The position numbers and the translations under genes were made by a program. A DNA stretch of 63,432 nucleotides, the filler included, from Choristocarpus tenellus KU-1152 (lineage: Eukaryota; Protista; Phaeophyceae), in assembly GCA_964200185.2 (NCBI GenBank). It is 10 parts of 10 records of this genome, joined end to end, with 100 filler letters (N's around TTAATTAATTAA, not from the genome) between each part and the next. Parts side by side here need not be neighbours in the genome. Positions count along the whole stretch, not along the records: positions 60,657 to 63,432 come from CAXNAD020024850.1; 9 more parts are not named here. One strand, written 5' to 3'. The notes below the pieces were generated by a model. The model did not search any database, had not been told where the DNA came from, and was given only the letters and a program-made list of their open reading frames with translations. Below, one piece after another: positions 63,394 through 63,432 of this stretch (the first letter of the stretch is position 1; every line of letters starts with the position of its first letter).

Positions 63394-63432
63394 GGTCAAA
63401 TTATCTGGGGGGGGGGGGTCAGCGTCCGTTTT
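63394..63432 (+). mobile_element. MITE family 2 left end at the window edge
   Basis: GGGTCAAATTATCTGGGGGGGG..GTCCGTTTT. Confidence 0.7.

Overview
Eukaryotic, intron-rich, repeat-rich DNA. The window is ten unrelated contigs joined by nine artificial 100-bp linkers (N44-TTAATTAATTAA-N44), so nothing should be inferred across a linker. The gene set suggests a photosynthetic stramenopile, probably a brown alga (inference). Host genes reconstructed by eye with GT-AG introns: a GT11 alpha-1,2-fucosyltransferase (complete, 4 exons) head-to-head with RNA polymerase I/III subunit AC40; a complete 8-exon cofactor-dependent phosphoglycerate mutase with a mitochondrial-type presequence; and partial genes for PP2A methylesterase PME-1, a G-protein alpha subunit, an FBN9-like fibrillin and a USP deubiquitinase. 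The rest is mostly decayed, nested transposons: Ty3/gypsy (one with a chromodomain), Ty1/copia, two LTR families, a CRE/R2-like LINE, two sister Sola2-like MITE families (GRG..CYC ends, 4-bp TSD) and a 91-bp palindromic TGT..ACA micro-element. The most unusual locus is contig 53998-56698. There an intron-containing ParB/Srx-domain gene faces away from a probable Sola-type transposase N-terminus, across an array of ~250-bp repeats that each carry a conserved hairpin. This is a candidate transposon-borne ParB/parS-like module.
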